A DNA stretch of 64,000 nucleotides, taken from assembly GCF_009914755.1 (NCBI RefSeq), contig NC_060926.1. One strand, given 5' to 3'. The position numbers and the translations under genes are program-made. Positions 24,501 to 39,200 of the stretch are shown here, in pieces. Each line of letters starts with the position of its first letter. Position 1 is the first letter of the stretch. Source of the stretch: the human T2T-CHM13v2.0 reference genome, Homo sapiens. The notes under the pieces were generated by a model. The model was not told where the DNA came from. It was given only the letters and a program-made list of their open reading frames with translations, and made no database searches.

Positions 24501-27500
24501 AGGAAATATCTTCCAATAAAAGCTAGATAGAAGCAATGTCAGAAACTTTTTCATGATGTATCTACTCAGCTAACAGAGTTGAACCTTCATTTGAGAGAGC
24601 AGTTTTGAAACACTCGTTTTGTGGAATCTGCAAGTGGATATTTGTCTAGCTTTGAGGATTTCGTTGGAAACGGGATTACATATAAAAAGCAGACAGCAGC
24701 ATTCCCAGAAACTTCTTTGTGATGTTTGCATTCAAGTCACAGAGTTGAACATTCCCTTTCATAGAGCAGGTTTGAAACACTCTTTTTGTAGTATCTGGAT
24801 GTGTACATTTGCAGCGCTTTCAGGCCTAAGGTGAAAAAGGAAATATCTTCCCCTGAAAACTAGACAGAAGCATTCTCAGAAACTTATTTGTGATGTGCGC
24901 CCTCAACTAACAGTGTTGAAGCTTTCTTTTGATAGAGCAGTTTTGAAACACTCTTTTTGTAATATCTGCAAGAGGATATTTGGATAGCTTTGAGGATTTC
25001 GTTGGAAACGGGTTTGTCTTCATATAAACTCTAGACAGAAGCATTCTCAGAAGCTTCATTGGGATGTTTCAATTGAAGTCACAGTGTTGAACAGTTCCTT
25101 TCATAGAACAGGTTTCAAACACTCTTTTTGTAGTATCTGGAAGTGGACATTTGGAGCGCTCTCAGGACTATGGTGAAAAAGGAAATATCTTCCAAAAAAA
25201 GCTACATAGAAGCAATGTCAGAAACTTTTTCATGATGTATCTACTCAGCTAACAGAGTTGAACCTTTCCTTTGAGAGAGCAGTTTTGAAACACTCTTTTT
25301 GTGGAATCTGCAAGTGGATATTTGTCTAGCTTTGAGGATTTCGTTGGAAACGGGATTACATATAAAAAGCACACAGCAGCATTCCCAGTAACTTCTTTGT
25401 GATGTTTGCATTCAAGTCACAGAGTTGAATATTACCTTTCATAGAGCAGGTTTGAAACACTCTTTTTGTAGTATCTGGATGTGGACATTTGGAGCGCTTT
25501 CAGGCCTATGGTGAAAAAGGAAATATCTTCCCCTGAAAACTAGACAGAAGCATTCTCAGAAACTTATTTGTGATGTGCGCCCTCAACTAACAGTGTTGAA
25601 CCTTTCTTTTGATAGAGCAGTTTTGAAACACTCTTTTTGTAAAATCTGCAAGAGGATATTTGGATAGCTTTGAGGATTTCGTTGGAAACGGGATTGTCTT
25701 CATATAAACTCTAGACAGAAGCATTCTCAAAAGCTTCATTGGGATGTTTCAATTGAAGTCACAGTGTTGAACAGTCCCTTTCATAGAGCAGGTTTGAAAC
25801 ACTCTTTTTGTAGTATCTGGATGTGGACATTTGGAGCGCTTTCAGGCCTATGGTTTAAAAGGAAATATCTTCCCCTGAAAACTAGACAGAAGCATTCTCA
25901 GAAACTTATTTGTGATGTGCGCCCTCAACTAACAGTGTTGAAGCATTCTTTTGATAGAGCAGTTTTGAAACACTCTTTTTGTGGAATCTGCAAGTGGATA
26001 TTTGTCTAGCTTTGAGGATTTCGTTGGAAACGGGATTAATTATAAAAAGCAGACAGCAGCATTCCCAGAATCTTGTTTGTGATGTTTGCATTCAAGTCAC
26101 AGAGTTGAACATTCCCTTTCAGAGAGCAGGTTTGAAACACTCTTTTTATAGTATCTGGATGTGGACATTTGGAGCGCTTTCAGGCCTATGATGAAAAAGG
26201 AAATATCTTCTCCTGAAAACTAGACAGAAGCATTCTCAGAATCTTATTTGTGATGTGCGCCCTCAACTAACAGTGTTGAAGCTTTCTTTTGATAGAGCAG
26301 TTTTGAAACACTCTTTTCGTAAAATCTGCAAGAGGATATTTGGATAGCTTTGAGGATTTCGTTGGAAACGGGATTGTCTTCATATAAACTCTAGACAGAA
26401 GCATTCTCAGAAGCTTCATTGGGATGTTTCAATTGAAGTCACAGTGTTGAACAGTCCCTTTCATAGAGCAGGTTTGAAACACTCTTTTTGTAGTATCTGG
26501 AAGTGGACATTTGGAGAGATCTCAGGAATACGGTGATAAAGGTAATATCTTCCAATAAAAGCTAGATAGAAGCAATGTCAGAAACTTTTTCATGATGTAT
26601 CTACTCAGCTAACAGAGTTGAACCTTTCTTTTGAGAGAGCAGTTTTGAAACACTCTTTTTGTGGAATCTGCAAGTGGATATTTGTCTAGCTTTGAGGATT
26701 TCGTTGGAAACGGGATTACATATAAAAAGCAGACAGCAGCATTCCCAGAATCTTCTTTGTGATGTTTGCATTCAAGTCACAGAGTTGAACATTCCCTTTC
26801 ATAGAGCAGGTTTGAAACACTCTTTTTGTAGTATCTGGATGTGGACATTTGGAGCGCTTTCAGGCCTATGGTGAAAAAGGAAATATCTTCCCCTGAAAAC
26901 TAGACAGAAGCATTCTCAGAAACTTATTTGTGATGTGCGCCCTCAACTAACAGTGTTGAACCTTTCTTTTGATAGAGCAGTTTTGAAACACTCTTTTTGT
27001 AATATCTGCAAGAGGATATTTGGATAGCTTTGAGGATTTCGTTGGAAACGGGATTACATATAAAAAGCAGACAGCAGCATTCCCAGAAACTTCTTTGTGA
27101 TGTTTGCATTCAAGTCACAGAGTTGAACATTCCCTTTCATAGAGCAGGTTTAAAACACTCTTTTTGTAGTATCTGGATGTGGACATTTGCAGCGCTTTCA
27201 GGCCTAAGGTGAAAAAGGAAATATCTTCCCCTGAAAACTAGACAGAAGCATTCTCAGAAACTTATTTGTGATGTGCGCCCTCAACTAACAGTGTTGAACC
27301 TTTCTTTTGATAGAGCAGTTTTGAAACACTCTTTTTGTAAAATCTGCAAGAGGATATTTGGATAGCTTTGAGGATTTCGTTGGAAACGGGATTGTCTTCA
27401 TATAAACTCTAGACAGAAGCATTCTCAGAAGCTTCATTGGGATGTTTCAATTGAAGTCACAGTGTTGAACAGTCCCTTTCATAGAGCAGGTTTGAAACAC

Positions 27501-29464
27501 TCTTTTTGTAGTATCTGGATGTGGACATTTGGAGCGCTTTCAGACCTATGGTTTAAAAGGAAATATCTTCCCCTGAAAACTAGACAGAAGCATTCTCAGA
27601 AACTTATTTGTGATGTGCGCCCTCAACTAACAGTGTTGAAGCATTCTTTTGATAGAGCAGTTTTGAAACACTCTTTTTGTGGAATCTGCAAGTGGATATT
27701 TGTCTAGCTTTGAGGATTTCGTTGGAAACGGGATTAATTATAAAAAGCAGACAGCAGCATTCCCAGAATCTTGTTTGTGATGTTTGCATTCAAGTCACAG
27801 AGTTGAACATTCCCTTTCAGAGAGCAGGTTTGAAACACTCTTTTTATAGTATCTGGATGTGGACATTTGGAGCGCTTTCAGGCCTATGATGAAAAAGGAA
27901 ATATCTTCTCCTGAAAACTAGACAGAAGCATTCTCAGAATCTTATTTGTGATGTGCGCCCTCAACTAACAGTGTTGAAGCTTTCTTTTGATAGAGCAGTT
28001 TTGAAACACTCTTTTCGTAAAATCTGCAAGAGGATATTTGGATAGCTTTGAGGATTTCGTTGGAAACGGGATTGTCTTCATATAAACTCTAGACAGAAGC
28101 ATTCTCAGAAGCTTCATTGGGATGTTTCAATTGAAGTCACAGTGTTGAACAGTCCCTTTCATAGAGCAGGTTTGAAACACTCTTTTTGTAGTATCTGGAA
28201 GTGGACATTTGGAGAGATCTCAGGAATACGGTGATAAAGGTAATATCTTCCAATAAAAGCTAGATAGAAGCAATGTCAGAAACTTTTTCATGATGTATCT
28301 ACTCAGCTAACAGAGTTGAACCTTTCTTTTGAGAGAGCAGTTTTGAAACACTCTTTTTGTGGAATCTGCAAGTGGATATTTGTCTAGCTTTGAGGATTTC
28401 GTTGGAAACGGGATTACACATAAAAAGCAGACAGCAGCATTCCCAGTAACATCTTTGTGATGTTTGCATTCAAGTCACAGAGTTGAACATTCCCTTTCAT
28501 AGAGCAGGTTTGAAACACTTTTTTTGTAGTATCTGGATGTGGACATTTGGAGCGCTTTCAGGCCTATGGTGAAAAAGGAAATATCTTCCAATAAAAGCTA
28601 CATAGAAGCAATGTCAGAAACTTTTTCATGATGTATCTACTCAGCTAACAGAGTTGAACCTTTCTTTTGAGAGAGCAGTTTTGAAACACTCTTTTTGTAA
28701 AATCTGCAAGAGGATATTTGGATAGCTTTGAGGATTTCGTTGGAAACGGGATTGTCTTCATATAAACTCTAGACAGAAGCATTTTCAGAAGCGTCATTGG
28801 GATGTTTCAATTGAAGTCACAGTGTTGAACAGTCCCTTTCATAGAGCAGGTTTGAAACACTCTTTTTGTAGTATCTGGATGTGGACATTTGGAGCGCTTT
28901 CAGGCCTATGGTTTAAAAGGAAATATCTTCCCCTGAAAACTAGACAGAAGCATTCTCAGAAACTTATTTGTGATGTGCGCCTTCAACTAACAGTGTTGAA
29001 GCATTCTTTTGATAGAGCAGTTTTGAAACACTCTTTTTGTGGAATCTGCAAGTGGATATTTGTCTAGCTTTGAGGATTTCGTTGGAAACGGGATTACATA
29101 TAAAAAGCAGACAGCAGCATTCCCAGAAACTTCTTTGTAATGTTTGCATTCAAGTCACAGAGTTGAACATTCCCTTTCATAGAGCAGGTTTGAAACACTC
29201 TTTTTGTAGTATCTGGATGTGGACATTTGGAGCGCTTTCAGGCCTATGGTGAAAAAGGAAATATCTTCCCCTGAAAACTAGACAGAAGCATTCTCAGAAA
29301 CTTATTTGTGATGTGCGCCCTCAACTAACAGTGTTGAACCTTTCTTTTGATAGAGCAGTTTTGAAACACTCTTTTTGTAATATCTGCAAGAGGATATTTG
29401 GATAGCTTTGAGGATTTCGTTGGAAACGGGATTACATATAAAAAGCAGACAGCAGCATTCCCAG
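15580..29464 (+). repeat. Near-perfect tandem duplication, period 6795 bp (40 monomers)
   Basis: ORF pairs from 15712/22507 through 22242/29037 are all 6795 apart. Private variants shared by both copies: ttccaaaaaaagc, aaagcacaca, gaatattacc, ctcaaaagct, aggtttaaaacac, tttcagacctatgg, acacataaaa, gtaacatctt, gcattttcag. Confidence 0.95.
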
Positions 29465-30289
29465 AATCTTGTTTGTGATGTTTGCATTCAAGTCACAGAG
29501 TTGAACATTCCCTTTCAGAGAGCAGGTTTGAAACACTCTTTTTATAGTGTCTGGATGTGGACATTTGGAGCGCTTTCAGGCCTATGGTGAAAAAGGAAAT
29601 ATCTTCTCCTGTAAACTAGACAGAAGCATTCTCAGAAACTTATTTGTGATGTGCGCCCTCAACTAACAGTGTTGAAGCTTTCTTTTGATAGAGCAGTTTT
29701 GAAACACTCTTTTTGTAAAATCTGCAAGAGGATATTTGGATAGCTTTGAGGATTTCGTTGGAAACGGGATTGTCTTCATATAAACTCTAGACAGAAGCAT
29801 TCTCAGAAGCTTCATTGGGATGTTTCAATTGAAGTCACAGTGTTGAACAGTCCCTTTCATAGAGCAGGTTTGAAACACTCTTTTTGTAGTATCTGGAAGT
29901 GGACATTTGGAACGCTCTCAGGACTGCGGTGAAAAAGGAAATATCTTCCAATAAAAGCTAGATAGAAGCAATGTCAGAAACTTTTTCATGATGTATCTAC
30001 TCAGCTAACAGAGTTGAACCTTTCTTTTGAGAGAGCAGTTTTGAAACACTCTTTTTGTGGAATCTGCAAGTGGATATTAGTCTAGCTTTGAGGATTTCGT
30101 TGGAAACGGGATTACATATAAAAAGCAGACAGCAGCATTCCCAGTAACTTCTTTGTGATGTTTGCATTCAAGTCACAGAGTTGAACATTCCCTTTCATAG
30201 AGCAGGTTTGAAACACTTTTTTTGTAGTATCTGGATGTGGATATTTGGAGCGCTTTCAGGCCTATGGTGAAAAAGGAAATATCTTCCAA

Positions 30290-33200
30290 TAAAAGCTGCA
30301 TAGAAGCAATGTCAGAAACTTTTTCATGATGTATCTACTCAGCTAACAGAGTTGAACCTTTCTTTTGAGAGAGCAGTTTTGAAACACTCTTTTTGTGTAA
30401 TCTGAAAGTGGATATTTGTCTAGCTTTGAGGATTTCGTTGGAAACGGGATTACATATAAAAAGCAGACAGCAGCATTCCCAGTAACTTCTTTGTGATGTT
30501 TGCATTCAAGTCACAGAGTTGAACATTCCCTTTCATAGAGCAGGTTTGAAACACTCTTTTTGTAGTATCTGGATGTGGACATTTGGAGCGCTTTCAGGCC
30601 TATTGTGAAAAAGGAAATATCTTCCCCTGAAAACTAGACAGAAGAATTCTCAGAATCTTATTTGTGATGTGCGCCCTCAACTAACAGTGTTGAAGCTTTC
30701 TTTTGATAGAGCAGTTTTGAAACACTCTTTTTGTAAAATCTGCAAGAGGATATTTGGATAGCTTTGAGGATTTCGTTGGAAACGGGATTGTCTTCATATA
30801 AACTCTAGACAGAAGCATTCTCAGAAGCTTCATTGGGATGTTTCAATTGAAGTCACAGTGTTGAACAGTCCCTTTCATAAAGCAGGTTTCAAACACTCTT
30901 TTTGTAGTATCTGGATGTGGACATTTGGAGCGCTTTCAGGCCTATGGTTTAAAAGGAAATATCTTCCCCTGAAAACTAGACAGAAGCATTCTCAGAAACT
31001 TATTTGTGATGTGCGCCCTCAACTAACAGTGTTGAAGCATTCTTTTGATAGAGCAGTTTTGAAACACTCTTTTTGTGGAATCTGCAAGTGGATATTTGTC
31101 TAGCTTTGAGGATTTCGTTGGAAACGGGATTACATATGAAAAGCAGACAGCAGCATTCCCAGAAACTTCTTTGTGATGTTTGCATTCAACTCACAGAGTT
31201 GAACATTCCCTTTCATAGAGCAGGTTTGAAACACTCTTTTTGTAGTATCTGGATGTGTACATTTGGAGCCCTTTCAGGCCTATGGTGAAAAAGGAAATAT
31301 CTTCCCCTGAAAACTAGACAGAAGCATTCTCAGACACTTATTTGTGATGTGCGCCCTCAACTAACAGTGTTGAAGCTTTCTTTTGATAGAGCAGTTTTGA
31401 AACACTCTTTTTGTAATATCTGCAAGAGGATATTTGGATAGCTTTGAGGATTTCGTTGGAAACGGGATTGTCTTCATATAAACTCTAGACAGAAGCATTC
31501 TCAGAAGCTTCATTGGGATGTTTCAATTGAAGTCACAGTGTTGAACAGTCCCTTTCATAGAGCAGGTTTGAAACACTCTTTTTGTAGTATCTGGAAGTGG
31601 ACATTTGGAGCGCTCTCAGGACTACGATGATAAAGGAAATATCTTCCAATAAAAGCTAGATAGAAGCAATGTCAGAAACTTTTTCATGATGTATCTACTC
31701 AGCTAACAGTGTTGAAGCATTCTTTTGATAGAGCAGTTTTGAAACACTCTTTTTGTGGAATCTGCAAGTGGATATTTGTCTAGCTTTGAGGATTTCGTTG
31801 GAAACGGGATTAATTATAAAAAGCAGACAGCAGCATTCCCAGAATCTTGTTTGTGATGTTTGCATTCAAGTCACAGAGTTGAACATTCCCTTTCAGAGAG
31901 CAGGTTTGAAACACTATTTTTATAGTATCTGGATGTGGACATTTGGAGCGCTTTCAGGCCTATGATGAAAAAGGAAATATCTTCTCCTGAAAACTAGACA
32001 GAAGCATTCTCAGAATCTTATTTGTGATGTGCGCCCTCAACTAACAGTGTTGAAGCTTTCTTTTGATAGAGCAGTTTTGAAACACTCTTTTCGTAAAATC
32101 TGCAAGAGGATATTTGGATAGCTTTGAGGATTTCGTTGGAAACGGGATTGTCTTCATATAAACTCTAGACAGAAGCATTCTCAGAAGCTTCATTGGGATG
32201 TTTCAATTGAAGTCACAGTGTTGAACAGTCCCTTTCATAGAGCAGGTTTGAAACACTCTTTTTGTAGTATCTGGAAGTGGACATTTGGAGAGATCTCAGG
32301 AATACGGTGATAAAGGTAATATCTTCCAATAAAAGCTAGATAGAAGCAATGTCAGAAACTTTTTCATGATGTATCTACTCAGCTAACAGAGTTGAACCTT
32401 TCTTTTGAGAGAGCAGTTTTGAAACACTCTTTTTGTGGAATCTGCAAGTGGATATTTGTCTAGCTTTGAGGATTTCGTTGGAAACGGGATTACATATAAA
32501 AAGCAGACAGCAGCATTCCCAGTAAATTCTTTGTGATGTTTGCATTCAAGTCACAGAGTTGAACATTCCCTTTCATAGAGCAGGTTTGAAACACTTTTTT
32601 TGTAGTATCTGGATGTGGACATTTGGAGCGCTTTCAGGCCTATGGTGAAAAAGGAAATATCTTCCAATAAAAGCTACATAGAAGCAATGTCAGAAACTTT
32701 TTCATGATGTATCTACTCAGCTAACAGAGTTGAACCTTTCTTTTGAGAGAGCAGTTTTGAAACACTCTTTTTGTAAAATCTGCAAGAGGATATTTGGATA
32801 GCTTTGAGGATTTCGTTGGAAACGGGATTGTCTTCATATAAACTCTAGACAGAAGCATTCTCAGAAGCGTCATTGGGATGTTTCAATTGAAGTCACAGTG
32901 TTGAACAGTCCCTTTCATAGAGCAGGTTTGAAACACTCTTTTTGTAGTATCTGGATGTGGACATTTGGAGCGCTTTCAGGCCTATGGTTTAAAAGGAAAT
33001 ATCTTCCCCTGAAAACTAGACAGAAGCATTCTCAGAAACTTATTTGTGATGTGCGCCTTCAACTAACAGTGTTGAAGCATTCTTTTGATAGAGCAGTTTT
33101 GAAACACTCTTTTTGTGGAATCTGCAAGTGGATATTTGTCTAGCTTTGAGGATTTCGTTGGAAACGGGATTACATATAAAAAGCAGACAGCAGCATTCCC

Positions 33201-36200
33201 AGTAACTTCTTTGTGATGTTTGCATTCAAGTCACAGAGTTGAACATTCCCTTTCAGAGAGCAGGTTTGAAACACTCTTTTTGTAGTATCTGGATGTGGAC
33301 ATTTGGAGCGCTTTCAGCCCTATGGTGAAAAAGGAAATATCTTCCCCTGAAAACTAGACAGAAGCATTCTCAGAATCTTATTTGTGATGTGCGCCCTCAA
33401 CTAACAGTGTTGAAGCTTTCTTTTGATAGAGCAGTTTTGAAACACTCTTTTTGTAAAATCTGCAAGAGGATATTTGGATAGCTTTGAGGATTTCGTTGGA
33501 AACGGGATTGTCTTCATATAAACTCTAGACAGAAGCATTCTCAGAAGCTTCATTGGGATGTTTCAATTGAAGTCACAGTGTTGAACAGTCCCTTTCATAG
33601 AGCAGGTTTGAAACACTCTTTTTGTAGTATCTGGAAGTGGACATTTAGAGCGCTCTCAGGACTGCGGTGAAAAAGGAACTATCTTCCAATAAAAGCTAGA
33701 TAGAAGCAATGTCAGAAACTTTTTCATGATGTATCTACTCAGCTAACAGAGTTGAACCTTCCTTTGAGAGAGCAGTTTTGAAACACTCTTTTTGTGGAAT
33801 CTGCAAGTGGATATTTGTCTAGCTTTGAGGATTTCGTTGGAAACGGGATTACATATAAAAAGCAGACAGCAGCATTCCCAGAAACTTCTTTGTGATGTTT
33901 GCATTCAAGTCACAGAGTTGAACATTCCCTTTCATAGAGCAGGTTTGAAACACTCTTTTTGTAGTATCTGGATGTGGACATTTGCAGCGCTTTCAGGCCT
34001 AAGTTGAAAAAGGGTATATCTTCCCCTGAAAACTAGACAGAAGCATTCTCAGAAACTTATTTGTGATGTGCGCCCTCAACTAACAGTGTTGAAGCTTTCT
34101 TTTGATAGAGCAGTTTTGAAACACTCTTTTTGTAATATCTGCAAGAGGATATTTGGATAGCTTTGAGGATTTCGTTGGAAACGGGATTGTCTTCATATAA
34201 ACTCTAGGCAGAAGCATTCTCAGAAGCTTCATTGGGATGTTTCAATTGAAGTCACAGTGTTGAACAGTTCCTTTCATAGAACAGGTTTGAAACACTCTTT
34301 TTGTAGTATCTGGAAGTGGACATTTGGAGCGCTCTCAGGACTACGGTGAAAATGGAAATATCTTCCAATAAAAGCTACATAGAAGCAATGTCAGAAACTT
34401 TTTCATGATGTATCTACTCAGCTAACAGAGTTGAACCTTTCCTTTGAGAGAGCAGTTTTGAAACACTCTTTTTGTGGAATCTGCAAGTGGATATTTGTCT
34501 AGCTTTGAGGATTTCGTTGGAAACGGGATTACATATAAAAAGCAGACAGCAGCATTCCCAGAAACTTCTTTGTGATGTTTGCATTCAAGTCACAGAGTTG
34601 AACATTCCCTTTCATAGAGCAGGTTTGAAACACTCTTTTTGTAGTATCTGGATGTGGACATTTGGAGCGCTTTCAGCCCTATGGTGAAAAAGGAAATATC
34701 TTCCCCTGAAAACTAGACAGAAGCATTCTCAGAATCTTATTTGTGATGTGCGCCCTCAACTAACAGTGTTGAAGCTTTCTTTTGATAGAGCAGTTTTGAA
34801 ACACTCTTTTTGTAAAATCTGCAAGAGGATATTTGGATAGCTTTGAGGATTTCGTTGGAAACGGGATTGTCTTCATATAAACTCTAGACAGAAGCATTCT
34901 CAGAAGCTTCATTGGGATGTTTCAATTGAAGTCACAGTGTTGAACAGTCCCTTTCATAGAGCAGGTTTGAAACACTCTTTTTGTAGTATCTGGAAGTGGA
35001 CATTTGGAACGCTCTCAGGACTGCGGTGAAAAAGGAAATATCTTCCAATAAAAGCTAGATAGAAGCAATATCAGAAACTTTTTCATGATGTATCTACTCA
35101 GCTAACAGAGTTGAACCTTTCTTTTGAGAGAGCAGTTTTGAAACACTCGTTTTGTGGAATCTGCAAGTGGATATTTGTCTACCTTTGAGGATTTCGTTGG
35201 AAACGGGATTACATATAAAAAGCAGACAGCAGCATTCCCAGAAACTTCTTTGTGATGTTTGCATTCAAGTCACAGAGTTGAACATTCCCTTTCATAGAGC
35301 AGGTTTGAAACACTCTTTTTGTAGTATCTGGATGTGGACATTTGCAGCGCTTTCAGGCCTAAGGTGAAAAAGGAAATATCTTCCCCTGAAAACTAGACAG
35401 AAGAATTCTCAGAAACTTATTTGTGATGTGCGCCCTCAACTAACAGTGTTGAAGCTTTCTTTTGATAGAGCAGTTTTGAAACACTCTTTTTGTAAAATCT
35501 GCAAGAGGATATTTGGATAGCTTTGAGGATTTCGTTGGAAACGGGATTGTCTTCATATAAACTCCAGACAGAAGCATTCTCAGAAGCTTCATTGGGATGT
35601 TTCAATTGAAGTCACAGTGTTGAACAGTCCCTTTCATAGAGCAGGTTTGAAACACTCTTTTTGTAGTATCTGGAAGTGGACATTTGGAACGCTCTCAGGA
35701 CTGCGGTGAAAAAGGAAATATCTTCCAATAAAAGCTACATAGAAGCAATGTCAGAAACTTTTTCATGATGTATCTACTCAGCTAACAGAGTTGAACCTTT
35801 CTTTTGAGAGAGCAGTTTTGAAACACTCTTTTTGTAAAATCTGCAAGAGGATATTTGGATAGTTTTGAGGATTTCGTTGGAAACGGGATTGTCTGCATAT
35901 AAACTCTAGACAGAAGCATTCTCAGAAGCGTCATTGGGATGTTTCAATTGAAGTCACAGTGTTGAACAGTCCCTTTCATAGAGCAGGTTTGAAACACTCT
36001 TTTTGTAGTATCTGGATGTGGACATTTGGAGCGCTTTCAGGCCTATGGTTTAAAAGGAAATATCTTCCCCTGAAAACTAGACAGAAGCATTCTCAGAAAC
36101 TTATTTGTGATGTGCGCCTTCAACTAACAGTGTTGAAGCATTCTTTTGATAGAGCAGTTTTGAAACACTCTTTTTGTGGAACCTGCAAGTGGATATTTGT

Positions 36201-39200
36201 CTAGCTTTGAGGATTTCATTGGAAACGGGATTACATATAAAAAGCAGACAGCAGCATTCCCAGAAACTTCTTTGTGATGTTTGCATTCAAGTCACAGAGT
36301 TGAACATTCCCTTTCATAGAGCAGGTTTGAAACACTCTTTTTGTAGTATCTGGATGTGGACATTTGGAGCGCTTTCAGCCCTATGGTGAAAAAGGAAATA
36401 TCTTCCCCTGAAAACTAGACAGAAGCATTCTCAGAATCTTATTTGTGATGTGCGCCCTCAACTAACAGTGTTGAAGCTTTCTTTTGACAGAGCAGTTTTG
36501 AAACACTCTTTTTGTAAAATCTGCAAGAGGATATTTGGATAGCTTTGAGGATTTCGTTGGAAACGGGATTGTCTTCATATAAACTCTAGACAGAAGCATT
36601 CTCAGAAGCTTCATTGGGATGTTTCAATTGAAGTCACAGTGTTGAACAGTCCCTTTCATAGAGCAGGTTTGAAACACTCTTTTTGTAGTATCTGGAAGTG
36701 GACATTTGGAGCGCTCTCAGGACTGCGGTGAAAAAGGAACTATCTTCCAATAAAAGCTAGATAGAAGCAATGTCAGAAACTTTTTCATGATGTATCTACT
36801 CAGCTAACAGAGTTGAACCTTCCTTTGAGAGAGCAGTTTTGAAACACTCTTTTTGTGGAATCTGCAAGTGGATATTTGTCTAGCTTTGAGGATTTCGTTG
36901 GAAACGGGATTACATATAAAAAGCAGACAGCAGCATTCCCAGAAACTTCTTTGTGATGTTTGCATTCAAGTCACAGAGTTGAACATTCCCTTTCATAGAG
37001 CAGGTTTGAAACACTCTTTTTGTAGTATCTGGATGTGGACATTTGCAGCGCTTTCAGGCCTAAGGTGAAAAAGGAAATATCTTCCCCTGAAAACTAGACA
37101 GAAGCATTCTCAGAAACTTATTTGTGATGTGCGCCCTCAACTAACAGTGTTGAAGCTTCCTTTTGATAGAGCAGTTTTGAAACACTCTTTTTGTAATATC
37201 TGCAAGAGGATATTTGGATAGCTTTGAGGATTTCGTTGGAAACGGGATTGTCTTCATATAAACTCTAGACAGAAGCATTCTCAGAAGCTTCATTGGGATG
37301 TTTCAATTGAAGTCACAGTGTTGAACAGTTCCTTTCATAGAACAGGTTTGAAACACTCTTTTTGTAGTATCTGGAAGTGGACATTTGGAGCGCTCTCAGG
37401 ACTACGGTGAAAATGGAAATATCTTCCAATAAAAGCTACATAGAAGCAATGTCAGAAACTTTTTCATGATGTATCTACTCAGCTAACAGAGTTGAACCTT
37501 TCCTTTGAGAGAGCAGTTTTGAAACACTCTTTTTGTGGAATCTGCAAGTGGATATTTGTCTAGCTTTGAGGATTTCGTTGGAAACGGGATTACATATAAA
37601 AAGCAGACAGCAGCATTCCCAGAATCTTCTTTCTGATGTTTGCATTCAAGTCACAGAGTTGAACATTCCCTTTCATAGAGCAGGTTTCAAACACTCTTTT
37701 TGTAGTATCTGGATGTGGACATTTGGAGCGCTTTCAGGCCTATGGTGAAAAAGGAAATATCTTCCCCTGAAAACTAGACAGAAGCATTCTCAGAATCTTA
37801 TTTGTGATGTGCGCCCTCAACTAACAGTGTTGAAGCTTTCTTTTGATAGAGCAGTTTTGAAACACTCTTTTTGTAAAATCTGCAAGAGGATATTTGGATA
37901 GCTTTGAGGATTTCGTTGGAAACGGGATTGTCTTCATATAAACTCTAGACAGAAGCATTCTCAGAAGCTTCATTGGGATGTTTCAATTGAAGTCACAGTG
38001 TTGAACAGTCCCTTTCATAGAGCAGGTTTGAAACACTCTTTTTGTAGTATCTGGAAGTGGACATTTGGAACGCTCTCAGGACTGCGGTGAAAAAGGAAAT
38101 ATCTTCCAATAAAAGCTAGATAGAAGCAATGTCAGAAACTTTTTCATGATGTATCTACTCAGCTAACAGAGTTGAACCTTTCTTTTGAGAGAGCAGTTTT
38201 GAAACACTCTTTTTGTGGAATCTGCAAGTGCATATTTGTCTAGCTTTGAGGATTTCGTTGGAAACGGGATTACATATAAAAAGCAGACAGCAGCATTCCC
38301 AGTAACTTCTTTGTGATGTTTGCATTCAAGTCACAGAGTTGAACATTCCCTTTCATAGAGCAGGTTTGAAACACTTTTTTTGTAGTATCTGGATGTGGAC
38401 AATTGGAGCGCTTTCAGGCCTATGGTGAAAAAGGAAATATCTTCCAATAAAAGCTACATAAAAGCAATGTCAGAAACTTTTTCATGATGTATCTACTCAG
38501 CTAACAGAGTTGAACCTTTCTTTTGAGAGAGCAGTTTTGAAACACTCTTTTTGTGGAATCTGGAAGTGGATATTTGTCTAGTTTTGAGGATTTCGTTGGA
38601 AACGGGATTACATATAAAAAGCAGACAGCAGCATTCCCAGTAACTTCTTTGTGATGTTTGCATTCAAGTCACAGAGTTGAACATTCCCTTTCATAGAGCA
38701 GGTTTGAAACACTCTTTTTGTAGTATCTGGATGTGGACATTTGGAGCGCTTTCAGGCCTATTGTGAAAAAGGAAATATCTTCCCCTGAAAACTAGACAGA
38801 AGAATTCTCAGAATCTTATTTGTGATGTGCGCCCTCAACTAACAGTGTTGAAGCTTTCTTTTGATAGAGCAGTTTTGAAACACTCTTTTTGTAAAATCTG
38901 CAAGAGGATATTTGGATAGCTTTGAGGATTTCGTTGGAAACGGGATTGTCTTCATATAAACTCTACACAGAAGCATTCTCAGAAGCGTCATTGGGATGTT
39001 TCAATTGAAGTCACAGTGTTGAACAGTCCCTTTCATAGAGCAGGTTTGAAACACTCTTTTTGTAGTATCTGGATGTGGACATTTGGAGCGCTTTCAGGCC
39101 TATGGTTTAAAAGGAAATATCTTCCCCTGAAAACTAGACAGAAGCATTCTCAGAAACTTATTTGTGATGTGCGCCTTCAACTAACAGTGTTGAAGCATTC

